DNA of 64,000 bases from the human T2T-CHM13v2.0 reference genome, Homo sapiens: NCBI RefSeq assembly GCF_009914755.1, contig NC_060925.1; one strand, written 5' to 3'. The position numbers and the translations under genes were made by a program. The notes under the pieces were generated by a model. That model saw nothing but the letters and a program-made list of their open reading frames with translations, did no database searches and was not told where the DNA came from. Positions 27,833 to 42,385 of this stretch are shown here, one piece after another; the first letter of the stretch is position 1, and each line of letters begins with the position of its first letter.

Positions 27833-28332
27833 CTTTTTTTCCTTAGTTCCCAGAAGAACCACAAAGCATAAATTTCCCCAAAAGGGGAATTTTGTTGATG
27901 GCTTTAGTCTATTCCCTCCTAAAAGACCAGCTACAACCAAATGAAGTGAACATAACCTCAAGGGTGTATTGTCTTCATAATAAAAGATGAAGCTTAGAAC
28001 TGGATCACTTGGCCCTTTCTCTTCTGACATCCTCCCAGTTGAAAAGGCCTGCATCTCCTAATAGCCTGCCAGCATTCTCTTAGATCTGCAGTTGGGCTCA
28101 AAACACCCAAGCCTCTGCACAATGTTCTTTGTAATTTCAGTCTTTTCCCTGAAAAGTTGGCCTAGTAGCCATACTGCTTCCTGTCATAATGCTGCCTTCC
28201 CCGGGCATACAGAAGACCCTTGCCCTTCTTATATTGTGTCACTTTGTGGGGTTGGTGCTTGCTACAATTCTTATAGAAAGTCTGGTGAGTTTTAGGAACG
28301 TTCACCATGTTTGTGGGAGTGCTATAACTACC
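27833..28332 (-). pseudogene. RPL36A (ribosomal protein eL42) processed pseudogene, possibly RPL36AP9
   Basis: ATG at 28308 gives [30 protein letters not shown]..., followed by an indel and premature TAG. The C-terminal ...RKGQVIQF* equivalent ends at 27994. Intronless, with an A-tract and 16-bp TSD tttgttgtgtttttct (27817-27832 / 28333-28348). Confidence 0.95.
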
Positions 28333-28367
28333 TTTGTTGTGTTTTTCTGTCTTTTTCTTCTTTCTGA

Positions 28368-28715
<348 letters not shown>

Positions 28716-29699
28716 TCTGAGCTGCTCTTTCAGTCCTTCCTCTACTGTTTCTGGGGGCCCTGGACTCTCCCGGCCCAGTGGCCTAGGAATTTGCTGCTGA
28801 CATAGCTGCATGTCTGGCAGCTCTGAGTCCAGCAAGCAGCTGCTTCTGTGCCGGCCACAGTGTGCTGGCCATCGCCCACCACCATACCCAGTAACCTCCC
28901 CCAGAGGCTCCATCTCATCCTGCCCAAATTGCTGAGCCAGGACTCCCTTGGGGTCATTAGTGTAGAGGGGCTGGGGCTTGCCCTACTTAGAAATGGCACA
29001 GTCCAACCCCCTCAGGTCCAAAGAGGGGACACAATATACCCATAGTCACACAGCAATTTAGCATGATGATAAACAGAACCCAGGCATTCTGATTGGTTGG
29101 TACACTTCCCTTATCTTCTGGGATAGGTCTGCTTTTATTTGGAGTCTGTACATTGTAGTATATTTAGTATGTTGATTCCACACGTTTGTTGACCAGACTC
29201 CTGTGCTGCGTTCTGGAGATAGGAAGAATAAAAAACCATCTGTGCTTTTAGGGAATTCTAGTCAAGTTGGGGAGATAAATAAATTGACAATTACATTGTA
29301 AGTGCTCCGACAGCTAACCAGACAAAATGCTGCAGGAGGACAGGAAGGGAGCAAGGAACTGCCAGGAATGGGGAGAAGGTCATGATGTTTGAATTGGGTC
29401 TTGAGGATGGGTAGGAGTTTACCCAGCAGAAAGAGCATGGTTGTGGGTAGGAAGAGCATTGCAGTCAAGGTTAACTACTTACCTGTAGAAAAGTGTGGTG
29501 CTATTGTAGAGCAATGTTAGATGTCTCCACATCTAGCAGTGATGTGAGGAAAAAGGCCTGTTATGGAATAAGAAGGACCTAGGTTCTGGTTTCAATTCTG
29601 TCACAGAGTCACTGAAAACCTTTAAGCAAACCACTCAGTCCAATTGTGTCTCAATTACCTCATCTCTCCAGGAGGATGCTCTCAAAGCCAAATATCTCA

Positions 29700-29900
29700 G
29701 AGCTGCTCTATCCGATAGAATAGCCAGTAGCCACAACGGTCTATGTAAATTTAAATTAACTAAAAGTAAATACATTTAAAATTCTGTTCCTCAATTGCAC
29801 TAGCCATGTTTCCAGTGCTCAGAAGCTACTGGTGACTAGTGGCTGCAATATTGGACAGCACAGATATTGAATACCTCCATCACCCTAGAAAGTCCTGCTG
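29700..29900 (-). mobile_element. MER3 (hAT-Charlie)
   Basis: ttcctcaattgcactagcc ... tagtggctgcaatattggacagcacagatat. Confidence 0.75.
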
Positions 29901-30518
29901 GGCTGGGCTGGGCTGGGCTGCCCTAGAGGCCTGTGATTCTCAGAGGAGAAGGGATTTGTCCCATCACCTAGCAAGGTCTCCAGGCTCCCCACTTACCCGT
30001 TTAGGAAGATATCCCAAGGAACAGGATAGAGAGGATGCACCATTCCACTGCCCAACCTCAGTTCCTGAAGTACAGTGACCCAAATCAGAGGGCAGGGGTC
30101 CCTTGTCCCTTTGTCAGTGCACACTATACTCTGATTTCGCTGTGTGAAAGCTTATCACAGTGCCGGGCCCATAATAGCAGCTTTCATAAATAGCCAGTCC
30201 AATTCCCAGTTTTGCAAGTGAGAAAACTGAGGCTCAGAGTGGCCTGGTTTAGGATCCAAGTCTTAGAAATTTCCAGGATATCTTGAATGATGGAATTTAG
30301 GAGAACACAATGGTCTTTGATCCTCATTTTGGCTTAAGACTTTCAGGTTTTATTTATGTTGTAATCCAGATGATACTATGTGGAATCAAACACATGACCT
30401 TATCTGTGGCTAGATGCATGACTGTCCAGGAGCTTGCAGGAATTAACCAGTGGCCAACCTTGTAATGCACAAGACTTTTATGTTACCTGAAACAAATAGA
30501 ATTAGGTAGCAGGTAGAA

Positions 30519-30837
30519 TTTTTATTTTTATTTATTTATTTGTTTATTTATTTTTTGAGACAGAGTCTCACTCTGTCACCCAGGCTGGAGTGCAGTGGTG
30601 TGATCTCAGCTCAGTGCAACCTCCGCCTCCTGGGTTCAAGTGAGCTCATGCCTCAGCCTCCCAAGTAGCTGGGACCACAGGTGCGTGCCACCACACCCAG
30701 TTAATTTTTGTATTTTTAGTAGGGGCGGGGTTTCACCATATTGATCAGGCTGGTCTTGAACTCTTGACCTCAAGTTATCTGTCCTCTTTGGCCTCCCAAA
30801 GTGCTGGGATTACAGGAGTGAGCCACCACGCCCAGCC
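30519..30837 (-). mobile_element. AluS
   Basis: Full dimer with (TTTA)n tail. Confidence 0.9.
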
Positions 30838-30854
30838 AGAATCAATATTTTTGA

Positions 30855-31075
30855 AAAATGAACACAAATGTATTACCTACCATGTACCAAGCACAGTTTT
30901 AAGAGGGTCTAGTAGATAACTGAGCAACACTATGAGGTACAGATGATTACTCTCATCATCCTCATTTTCCAGACAAGGAAACGGAGGCTGAGATAAATAA
31001 CTTGCTGAAGGCCTCATAGCTATTGTGAAGCCTGGACTCACCCAAGCAGTGGCCTCAGAGCCCACAATCTTAACC
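30855..31075 (-). mobile_element. MIR SINE
   Basis: ctcattttccagacaaggaaacggaggctgaga core. Confidence 0.75.
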
Positions 31076-31784
31076 CCTTTCTAGAGCCCTCTCCTCAACT
31101 TTGCAATTGTTGAACATCAGGACCTGAGGGAAACTTTGGGATCACCTAGTCTAATCCCTTTCCTTTCCTCATGCGGTACTGAAGGCCACAGAGTGACCCA
31201 GATCCAGCCAAGGTTATTCAGCAAGTTGTAAAAGACAGAGCTTGAATCTGAGTCCTGAGGGTGGGTCCCCTGGCTCCTGTTCAGTTATTTTTGCTCACTT
31301 CTTTTAAAAAGCCTAAAAAATGAAATGATCCACTGAGCATCTTCTGGGTACCCACATTGTGCTGGATGTTTTTGTGGAAAAAAACCTTGGGTTTACATTG
31401 AGAAGTCCTGGAATCAAATCTTACCTCAATTGCTTGCCCAGTGACCTTAAGCAAGTCACTTTCTATGTCTTGGCCTCAGTTTCTCCAGAAAAGGAATAAG
31501 GATATAATTGCCTTAAGGATTATGTCAGAATGAGTGGCACAAAGTAATTACTCAAGTAAAAGGAATGGACGCTGAAGACACAGGCCGTGTGCCCTCTACA
31601 ATCTGGATGTGGAGGTGAGACTGACATGCAGAGGAGGATCAGAGGAGAGCAGAGAGCATGCTTTGTTGGCAGGTCAGACGATGAATGTTAGGACACTTCA
31701 TGCACTGTTGGCTCCATCTGGCAATGGAGGTGATTCAGGATCAAGAAATCATCCAGGGAAAGGCTGGCCTGCAAGAACCCAGAC

Positions 31785-31803
31785 TGGACACGAGGTGGCG
31801 CTG
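31785..31803 (+). promoter_or_regulatory. Candidate CTCF site
   Basis: TGGACACGAGGTGGCGCTG versus consensus TGGCCACCAGGGGGCGCTA, in unique sequence with local CpG retention. Confidence 0.55.
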
Positions 31804-32454
31804 GTGGCCCACCTGGGAACAGGCAGAGACCGGCGACCAGCCCCGGGGAATCTGATCCTGGCAGTTTCATTCTTTTTGCTTCTAGGCATGAAGTCTACAT
31901 GAGGGACCCTGGTGGGCTGAGGATGAGGGCGCTCTGCCCCACCAAAGGATAAATGGGAATTTTACACTCCTTATCTCATTTAGTCTTCACAGCCACCTTT
32001 TCAGGTATTCAGTTTTACACACAGGACACTGTGACTCAAAAGATGTTAAATAATTTCCTCAAGGGATACTATTGAGAAGTAGATCCAGGCCCACTGATTC
32101 TAAATCCCATGCTCTTTCCAGGAAAATATGCTCCTCCCAGCCAGTGGAATCAGTCTATCAACAGAGGCTAAACAGGATGTAAGGGAGATCGTACCAGAAA
32201 ATAGAAGACCAGATTAAAACTGCCTCCTCCTCATGGCCTTCCTAGACTGTCCCCATTCCTTTTTCACCCAGTCCACTCCAACAACCTCCTAATCCATTTC
32301 CCTGCTTCCATTCTTGCACCCTAGGCTCTGTTCTCTACAGTGATCTTGTGAGAAGGAAACCAAGTGGCAGTATTCTGCCTTTTTGCCGTTCAAAACACTC
32401 CAATGCTTCTGATTCCAATTTGAACAATGTCTGAATTTCTCACCACAGCTATGA

Positions 32455-32645
32455 GCGGTGCTGTGCTGGTAACAACCAGTTCTCAGAGGCAGAGAGCCCT
32501 GATATGTAGCATTTGCTAATTGTGGTGCATATTCTCCCTCCATGGCCAATTTCAAGCTTCCAAGGTAACATCACTGAGCTCAGAGTTGAGAAGGGATGTA
32601 AAGAATCGAGACAGAGCCAGTCTGAGTTGACACCAACGCACTGCT
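32455..32645 (+). mobile_element. MER63A inside an L2
   Basis: gccctgatatgtagcatttgc ... catggccaatttcaagct; flanks are L2 (32330-33120). Confidence 0.7.
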
Positions 32646-33467
32646 GCACCAAGGCTCCACACATAAGATCTGGCCTCAGACGCCTTCTCCAGACAACCCG
32701 CTTATTCTGCTACCCCTGTTCACTCTGCTGGATCACTGGCCTTCTTGCTGTTTCTTGAACATAACAAGTACATTTCCACCTCGGGGCCTTGGCACTTGCT
32801 TTCCTCTGTTTGGGATGCTCTTCCCCAAAAATGTGCATAACTTGCTGCGTCACTTCATTCAGGTCTCAGCTCAAATGTTACAGAGAGGCCTCCCCTGAGC
32901 ATCTTCCCTAAGACATCCTACCCACTCCCACCCTCCATCACTTTTATTCCTTGCTCTGCTGTATTTTTTCTCTAAGGGCCTCAATCTCTATTTAATAATA
33001 AATGATAGACATTTAAACTTATTTGTCTAGGTCAGGACTGGATGGCCATCCCTAGAACAGACCTGACTCAAAGAAAGCACTTAATACATATTTGCTGGTT
33101 GATAAATGAGTAATTACTTTTCCTCTACATGTAATGCCTTTTTTTACTGCAATAGCCTTGATGTTTTCTCTTTATTCTTGATGTGCTATCGTCTCACTAC
33201 ACTGGGTCTAGGTGTAAATTTATTTGTTCTGTTCAGCACTGAGTGCGCATTTTGAATCTAAGCAATGTCTTTCTCTCATTCTGGACAATTCTCAGTCCTT
33301 ATTTCTGTAATCTTGCTTCTCCTGCACTCCCTCTGTTCTGGAACTCCTACATAACAGTCTGTCAGTCTCTACTCTGTGTTTCGTAACTGCTTGGCATTCT
33401 ATAGAATGCCAGTTGTCTCCCAGTGTCTATTCCACTTTTTCCTTAGTAATAGAATCTCTAACTTTCA

Positions 33468-33803
<336 letters not shown>

Positions 33804-34000
33804 ATTTCTGAGTCTTCCACTTAGCTACATTCGGGCATATAACTGAGTTCTGAACAATGAGTATAAGCAGGAGTCTTGTGGAACCTCCTTGTAATGTCTT
33901 TTAAGCAGGGGAGTGTGCTATTCTTTGTGCCTTCTTCCTGCTATCTGAAAAATACACGAGGTGGCTGGAGTTGGTGCAGCCATCTTGGACTATAGGGTAG

Positions 34001-34365
<365 letters not shown>

Positions 34366-34459
34366 GAAACTGCCCTCTTAGCTTTAAACTTCCTAGTGCT
34401 GGACCATTCCATGAGAGAGAAATGGACTTGTATTTTGCTTGAGCCATGGTTATTTTGCT

Positions 34460-34925
34460 GTCTTAGTTTGGGTATCCCAAAAGCAGGACCCAAGAGAAGG
34501 ATTTGGATGCTAGTAGTTAATTTGGGAAGTGCAGTGAAGAAGTGGAGATGTGAGGCAAGGAAAGGAGAAAAGCCAGTAAAAGATTTGAACATGAGCAGTT
34601 TGCTGCTGGTGGCCAACGGAGGCTCAGCCCTGGTGTGGGGCCTGTGGGAGACTATGTGAAACAGACCACATAGTTGTCCTACCAATGGGAAAGGAAGCTG
34701 GAGTATTTATCATGAACTAATAATGCCCCTCTTGGTTGAGGGTCTTTGTTGGAACTAACTCCCCCAGGAGTCCACCTGTCCTTGTGCAAGCTTGAGCATG
34801 CTCCTGTGGCCAGAAACACTTAGGCAGAGATGTAGGAAGCTGTCTTCGTGTACAGAGCCCATCTTCAGGTGACTGCTGGGGTCAGCCAAGGGAATGTGGG
34901 CTGGGCATTAACAGTGTCTGCAACT
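34460..34925 (-). mobile_element. ERVL LTR (LTR33-like)
   Basis: tgtcttagtttgggtatcccaaaagcaggacc ... ggcattaacagtgtctgcaac. Confidence 0.6.
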
Positions 34926-37464
34926 TGTCTGCTGTATTCCAACCTCCTCTAACTTCTACAATGCTCTTTCCTATCATTTATCTCTTGTTGCAACGTAGGT
35001 GAAATGCACAATTCATTTGCTTCCAAATAATTAATCCTATCTTCTACCATGTCTAATCTAGATTTATTCTTTCTCTCCAGTTTAGTTCAACAACTATGTT
35101 TCTCATTCCCAGTGTTTCTAAATGGCTTTATTTAGTTTCTGCTTGTTTTTAATTTATAATTTATTATTCTTTTGTATGTATGGATGTTATTCCTGACTTT
35201 ATTTGAAGAGTCTAAACATATTTATTTTGAAATTGTTTTCAGATAATTCTATTATTTCACTTTTGTCTGTAGTGGATTCATTCTGCCAATTATTAGTTTT
35301 GTTGACTGTCTACATCTGCATTCATTTTCGTCATGTGTTTTGGAATTTTAGTTTGCAGGCTTTTTTAAAGTGGGATTTATTTTTCTGTACATACTCACTC
35401 TGCTTAGTGGGTTGATAGCTTCTCCCCACACTCCTGGGACCCTGTCTAGAGCCAGGTTTTAGGCTGCTGACTCAAGGCTTTCATCCTGTAATGGTGGTGG
35501 GAATTTCACATGTCCAGTCACTGAACCAGCATCATGAGATTTGGCCCTGGCCTCACAAGGGTCTCATTTAGCCCCTCAGGCAGTGAGGGAGTCAAACTCC
35601 TGGCTGCTTCCCCTGCTTCTGGTGCCAGACCCCTGGCTTCCACATTATGTAGCCCCTTGTGTTTCTGTTGAAATTCTGATCCACAAAAATGTTGATTCTG
35701 ATTTTGAGCATGGCTATTCCTGTTTTGAATCTATCTTTTTATATAATTGCTGTGAGTTTGGTGCATGAATTTACAGCACCATCTTGATCTGAAGTTTCTG
35801 GACCCTTGAATCTCCCCAGGGAAGACACTCTCTGACTGCAGATAGGATTTTTTTTTTCCCCCAGCATCCAGGCTTGCAGATACAAGAAGGAAAGGAATCT
35901 GCCTTTATGGATCCTTCTCTTTTATTCCCCAAGGTGACTCAGGCCCTGGAGGATACAAAGAGCCCCCTGTAAAAAGTGTCTTTAGACCTCTTGGCCTCTA
36001 GTCTCCATCACAGGGCTTCCTGCCAACACTCCATCTCAAAGGTCTTCCCTGACGTGGGGCTTTAGGTGTTCACAGCCATATTTGCATTTCAACAAGGGAC
36101 TCATAAAGATGTTTTCATCTTTAAAATGTACAGGCATGGAATTCAAATCGCGGAGTGACAGGCTGTGTGTGGGGCTGATTGTCTGGGTCAGAGACATCAC
36201 AACTGGCTGGTGAGGAGAGCTTTCTGACAACAGGAGCTGTCCAACAAGGAGTGGGCTGCTGTCACCGAGGAGCTGAAGCGGCCGACGGCTGACCTTCCAC
36301 TGGGCACTAGGCAGGGCCTGGATGGAGGGAGTCTTAAAGTAGGAGGGAGAAGCCAAGGAAATAGCTCTCTAGAAGCATTTTGTACACTGAAAAGTGTCAT
36401 TGAAACGCTGTCACAGTTCTAAGAGGAGACATTGCTCCTCTGAAAACCAGCCTCACTCCCTAAGCTGATGTATTTCCAGAAGCAGGGCCTGAGCTGCCAC
36501 ATGCAGGCCCTGAGGACTTGAGGCACATCGTTCTTTTTTTGGGTCTCATCTGTGAATCAGCCACTCAAACCTAGTGGCTCTCAGCCTGCAAGTTCATTCA
36601 TGCAATGCAGGGCTTCTCCACTGCTCCCCCAAACCTCCTCAGGCCACCCCTGCGTGTGCACCCACCGATATGGCCTGTTCTGAACAGGTGACCCTCAGCT
36701 GCCAGCATCACTGCCCTTCAAAACCTGACTTATCTCTCGTGTTTTACAGTTACCATAGCAGAAAGATTTATCTTCATCTTTTACCATTTAAAAATACTAA
36801 TGGAATTACTGTTTTTGTCTGTTTCTGTTTTGAAGCCATACGATTTTTCTCTCACTGCCACCACATTTGTGATGGCCTTAAAAATTATTCTTAAAGATAA
36901 ATATAATTCTAGAAAAACCTTCTCAGGGAAAAATGGGTATTTGTTTCCAACTGTTGTGGGGCTGAAAAACTTTTATAGCATGCTTGGTGGCATATATGGG
37001 ATTCTAAGGGCCTTTCAGCACCAACCTTCCTTCCTGGTCCCAGCAGGTGAAGGCAGGGCCCTCCCAGGCCAGTGCACCTGTCACAGCCCTTGGCTGGCTC
37101 GAGGAAGGAAGGGACTTCACATCTATTGAATGTTGTGTGCTTCACAAGGGCTGTCTCCTTTCATCTGCACAGCAACTCATTGTACAGATGAGGAATTTGG
37201 GCCCGGAGAGGTGAGGTGACCCACCCAAAGTCACACAGCCAGGAAGAAGCAGAGTGCACTTCCCTCTCAATCACACTCTCCAAATCCTCCAGTTGGTTCC
37301 TGTTCAGCCTTCTGAACAGGGTGGATTTTTGCTTAAGACTTTCTATATGGATTATAACCCTTAAATTATGATATTTTGTCATAACTATTTTAGCTTTCAT
37401 CTGTGTGGTACTTAACATTTTAGCATAACTTTTTGACTATAAGAAAAGTACACTTTTAGTTTAA

Positions 37465-37925
37465 AATTATTATAAGTTCACAAGAGGTTGCAAAAATGGT
37501 ATACAGAGAGGTCCCATGACATTCACTCAGTTTCCCCCAATGGTACCATATCAAAATCAGGAAAGTGACATTGGTAACTTGTGTGTGTATAGTTCATTGT
37601 CATTTTATCCCATGGATAGATTCATGTAACCACACTGCAATCAAGATATAGAACTGTTCCATCACCACAAAGGTTTTCTTCATGTTACCCTTTTTAATCA
37701 TAGCCACCCCCTTCCCTCTCACCATCCCTAACCCCTGGCAACCACTAATCTGCTCCCCATTTCTACAATTCTGTCATTCCTAGAATGTCATATACATGGA
37801 CTCATACTGTATGTAACCTTTTGAGACTGATGTTTTTCACTCAGCGTAATGCCCTTGAGATCCATCCAAGGTGTCCTGTGTATCCATAGTTCATTCTTTT
37901 TTATTGTTAAGTAGTATTCCATGGG
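37465..37925 (-). mobile_element. Old L1M (L1MC-like) 3' fragment
   Basis: aaccacactgcaatcaagatatagaac, cctggcaaccactaatctg, ttttcactcagcgtaatg. Confidence 0.8.
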
Positions 37926-39859
37926 TGATCTGTTTTTTGAACACTTGGAAACACAGAGAATATTTTTTAAAAATAGAAAAAAATCAAAACAAACTCAAAC
38001 CTCCAGTTAGGAGGAGGGAAGTCTCCTGGTTTCCTTCTTGCTCATGTCCGAAGTGGCTTAGGCCCTGGGCTGACACTTTGAAGACCCAGGTGCAAAGACA
38101 GGAGAGAAAGACAGGGAGAAGACAAAGCCATTTGCCCCAAGCCTCTCTGCTCCCAATCTTCTCCTCGGTGGGACTCCATCTGGCTGCTGCGGACTCTCTG
38201 TTTGCATCTGTCTCTTTCCGTTTTTCCCCTCTCTTTCTCCTCACCCTGTGTGTCTCCATCTGTCTCTCTGAGTCAGTCTCTCTCTTTCTCAAACCACAAA
38301 ACATGGCTAAATGCAATTTCCATTGAGTGCAGAATCTTGTGTCTGTGCTTCATTATTCTGTCTGGATTGGTACATGTTTTCAATTGCATAATTCCCCTCC
38401 TTCCTCATTTTCTCCCCAAGACTTTCTCCCACATAATATGAGCATTTGGGGGCCAGCTTTTGACAGTTCTGCTTTTGAATGCTGTGAAAAGTAGAGCGAG
38501 TGCCTTTTTCAGTCCTGCACCACCAGGGAAGCGAGGTTGGCAAGTTCCCCCAGGGTTCCTGCCGAGCTTTGTCCCTTAGGCCAGTCTTTGGGAGGAGTGT
38601 CCCTCTGCCAGCATTCTCAAAGCCAAGGCTCTCCCTGCAACACCTGCCTTGGGGGAGGGTTCAAAGAGCATTTTGATGGCCTGCTCAAGACCTTCCACCC
38701 ACATGGGTGACCACGGCATCAGATCCAAACTTCCCTCTCTGGCTGTTCACACCCTTAAACATCTGGACTGACCCTATTCATTTATTTCTTCATTTTTATG
38801 TAACTGGGCAGTATAACTTCTTGCCCTAACAGCCATTGCAGTTTTGAAATGGGGTTAATAGAAAGTGATCTAAATATTCAACAAGAAGAGAATGATTAAA
38901 TGTATTATAGGATGTCCCACATGACCAGACATTACAAAATCATTAGAAATCATGGTTTGGACAGTTTTCAGAGTGGGAAAATACTCATGATATATGGTAC
39001 TGTTAGAACCCTGATGATATAAAAATACATAGGCATTGAAAAATGGCTTAGAGAAAAGGACCAAAGTGTTAGCTCTTATTTTTGAATAGTGGGATTGCAG
39101 ATGACTTTTTAAATTTTTCTTAATGTTCACAATAAGCATGTTTTATCTTTATAATCAGAAAACAAATATGCATTATTAAAACTAAATGAACTCTATTGGA
39201 CAAAACGTCTTGTCTACAGCCCTTTACTCAAGGGGTGTTATAGGGATTCAGCACCTCTTCTTCCCCATAACTCCATGGGAAGGCAAACCACTGTCCAGGC
39301 CCTTTTCCTTGAGCTCAGGCGCCTGCCAGGCGGGTGGAAAGCCATGCTCTGCATTGCAGTTGATGGCTGCCCTGTCCCTGCCCCCCGGCCATATTTTCGA
39401 ATGTGATTTGCAGAATGGACAGGTCCTGGTTGATGTCCCCGCAACTCTGCACTGCATTTCCAAAGCGGGGTACTGCCTCATCCCGTGAAACAGTGTCCTT
39501 GTTTCCCCTCATCAGATGATCCCTGTGGCCCCTGCATTCCCAGCACACACCCAGTGCACAGAGCAGCCACGCATTCTGACCCCTGCCGGGAGCTAGCACA
39601 GACACTGGCCTTCCAGACCATGTGCATGGAACCCAGAGCTCCCTGGTTCCAGCCCAATGTACTAGAAAGAGCACAGAGTTCTAGAAGCTTCAACTCTGCC
39701 ATTAACTCCTGCCTGAGAGAAGAGGACCAACAATCCTATTTGCCATATGGAAAGTTACATATAGTGTGTAGGACACATTTTTTTTTTTTCAAATGGATTT
39801 TTGAGCCAGTTCTGAATACAAGCAGCAGTTAACAGTTCAGCTGCTTCAATAATGGTTTG

Positions 39860-40060
39860 GGGTTGGGCCCTGTGTGCCTTGGGCACCTTGGGCAAGTTTT
39901 CCCCCTCTCTGTGCCTCTGTTTCCTCATCTGAAAAACAGAAGTAATAATATTACCTACTTCATAGGATCATCATAAGGATTAAACAAACTGGTTCATGTG
40001 AAGTCTTGGTGAAGTGCCTGTCTGAAGTAGCCCACAGTCAATGTTAGCTACTATTGTTTT
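39860..40060 (+). mobile_element. MIR SINE
   Basis: ccttgggcaagt ... gtttcctcatctg ... aatgttagctactatt. Confidence 0.8.
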
Positions 40061-40289
40061 TATTCCGAGATGCAGGATATTTGACATTAGGGCTCTCCCA
40101 GAAAAACCCAGATGTAAGTCTCTGTGATGAATGCCAAATGAGGATTACCAATTAAAAGCCCTGCCTCAAGTCTGTTCCCGAGTGAGGTAGGAGGTATAAA
40201 GAAACGCAGGCTGCTGTGTGAGGGGATCGGGGGGTGAACATGGTGAACATGGGAGGGCTGCTCAGAGGGAGCACCCTGTGCTTGGCCTC

Positions 40290-40715
40290 TGTGGAGACAA
40301 AAGTGACTCCATCTTGGATGCTAATCCTCCATGTTGACTTCTGATTAGCTCCAGTCCTGTGAATGCCCCCGATTCCCGTTTTATTTACTGTCCTTTGTGT
40401 AAGAAAGTCAACCTTGATGTTATCATACAAATTATAAGCTATCACACATACAGCATCTCACCTGTTTTAGAGGGCTGCCTTTAATAGTCTTGCTGAAGCA
40501 CGTATACCCTTTTCCTGTGGTATAGAAGCTCTGGGTCTGGGGGGTTGCTGGGTGGAGATCCACCTATCTTGTGGCCATCCAAGACCATGCTTCTGTCTAT
40601 AAGTTCCCATAATCAATTTCACAGTACCGACAAACTGAATCTGTCTGCCGCCTTTGGTTTCTTGGCTCCTTCAGTATTTGAGGCTGCTTTTCATATACGG
40701 CCCTTTCACGGAACA
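40290..40715 (+). mobile_element. Complete solo LTR (LTR47-like, ERVL)
   Basis: TG...CA termini: tgtggagacaaaagtgactccatcttggatgctaatc ... catatacggccctttcacggaaca; degenerate 5-bp TSD gcctc/gcttt. Confidence 0.8.
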
Positions 40716-41979
40716 GCTTTGAAGGAGGAGAGTAGGCAAAGAAAGGGGCTTGGCTGGGAAGGACAGGAGAACCCCTGGAGCAGAGGGGGCTGTGGCAGGC
40801 TTCCTCGGAAATTGTGGAATTCCGGCTGGGGCAGGGGCCCGTGGGTGGGATTGGGACAAGGGATATTTTTGAATCCATACCTGTGATGTCTACCCTTTTC
40901 CCAATGGTATCTTTTTACAACCACCTTGCACAGCAGGCTTATTTATAAATGAGGAAGTGAAGGCTCAGACTGGGCAGTGGCTTGCTCAGCACTCTGCACC
41001 TGAGAGGGAGGGAGCTGAGGTTTGAATCCAGAGTCAGGGAGCCCACTTAAGGCCTGTGTTACTGCCTTCCCCAGGGCCACGGAAACCTCTGCTCCAGGAA
41101 TGGGGTAGGGAGGACAAGGCCTCAGAGGGAACATCTCGCTGCAGGGAAGAGGGAGCGGCTGAGGGAAGCCCGGCCCCAGGTGTGGGAGAGACACTGGGCA
41201 GCCACGTGGGGAAAGAGCAGAAAGTAGGTCAGTCACACAGGAGACGGAGCATGAAATTAATGAGCGTGCGGGAGCTGGAGTAGTCACCTTCAGGGAAGGC
41301 AGAGAGAGGAATGCAGTGCCTTTGGGAGAGGTGGTGGGGCCCCCCCGGAGGGTTTGGTGCAGGTGAGAGAAGCAGGATTGTGTTTTGGTGTTTTCTCTCC
41401 TTGCCCCCAGCATTGGGAGGATGTCTGTGGGGCAGGATGGGGAGATGATGGGAGAGTATAAGGGGTAGAGACTGGCAAGAGGTACTGACAGAAGCTCTAT
41501 GAGGGCAAGGATCTTGTTTATTTTCTTAATGCTGACTGATTCTTGCTGCCTAGGCCAGTGCCTGGCATATCACGGGCAGATTTGAATGAATACATGATTA
41601 GAGACAGCTCTGCTATGGACGTTATTGTGTTATTGTGTGAACTGAGGAAGTAAAGCTTTTGTTCCTTATTTTTACCAAGGAGCACCAGCTGAATTCAGTA
41701 GCCTTTGCAGAGTCCCTGCCATGTGCTAGCCTGAGCTAGGTGCAGGGGAGACGGGAAGATGTAAGGTAGAGCCCTTTCCCTTACAGAGCTCACCATCCAC
41801 AGGAAAGACAGGTTTGCACATGACTGTGACATCATGTGCTGAGCACATAAATGGATGGATAGTGGGGATGCAGAGAAGGGGCAGTTTTGTTGGGGGTGTG
41901 GAAGGTTTGAAGGTTGAGGACAGGGCTACATTATGATTTTCTTGCATCCTAAATCATTTTAACTTTGTGGACCCTTTCC

Positions 41980-42025
41980 TACACATACACACACACACAC
42001 ACACACAGACACGCACACACACACA
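41980..42025 (+). repeat. (CA)n microsatellite
   Basis: Interrupted CA run. Confidence 0.9.
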
Positions 42026-42082
42026 TCCCTAAAAAGTATATTTACAACCTCCTTGGTTTAGAAAAAATATATCAATATTACA

Positions 42083-42385
<303 letters not shown>

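Noticed and set aside
36226-36422. Coding-looking frame QQELSNKEWAAVTEELKRPTADL...
   Set aside because: No start codon or clear splice acceptor and no recognisable homologue; treated as regulatory candidate instead.
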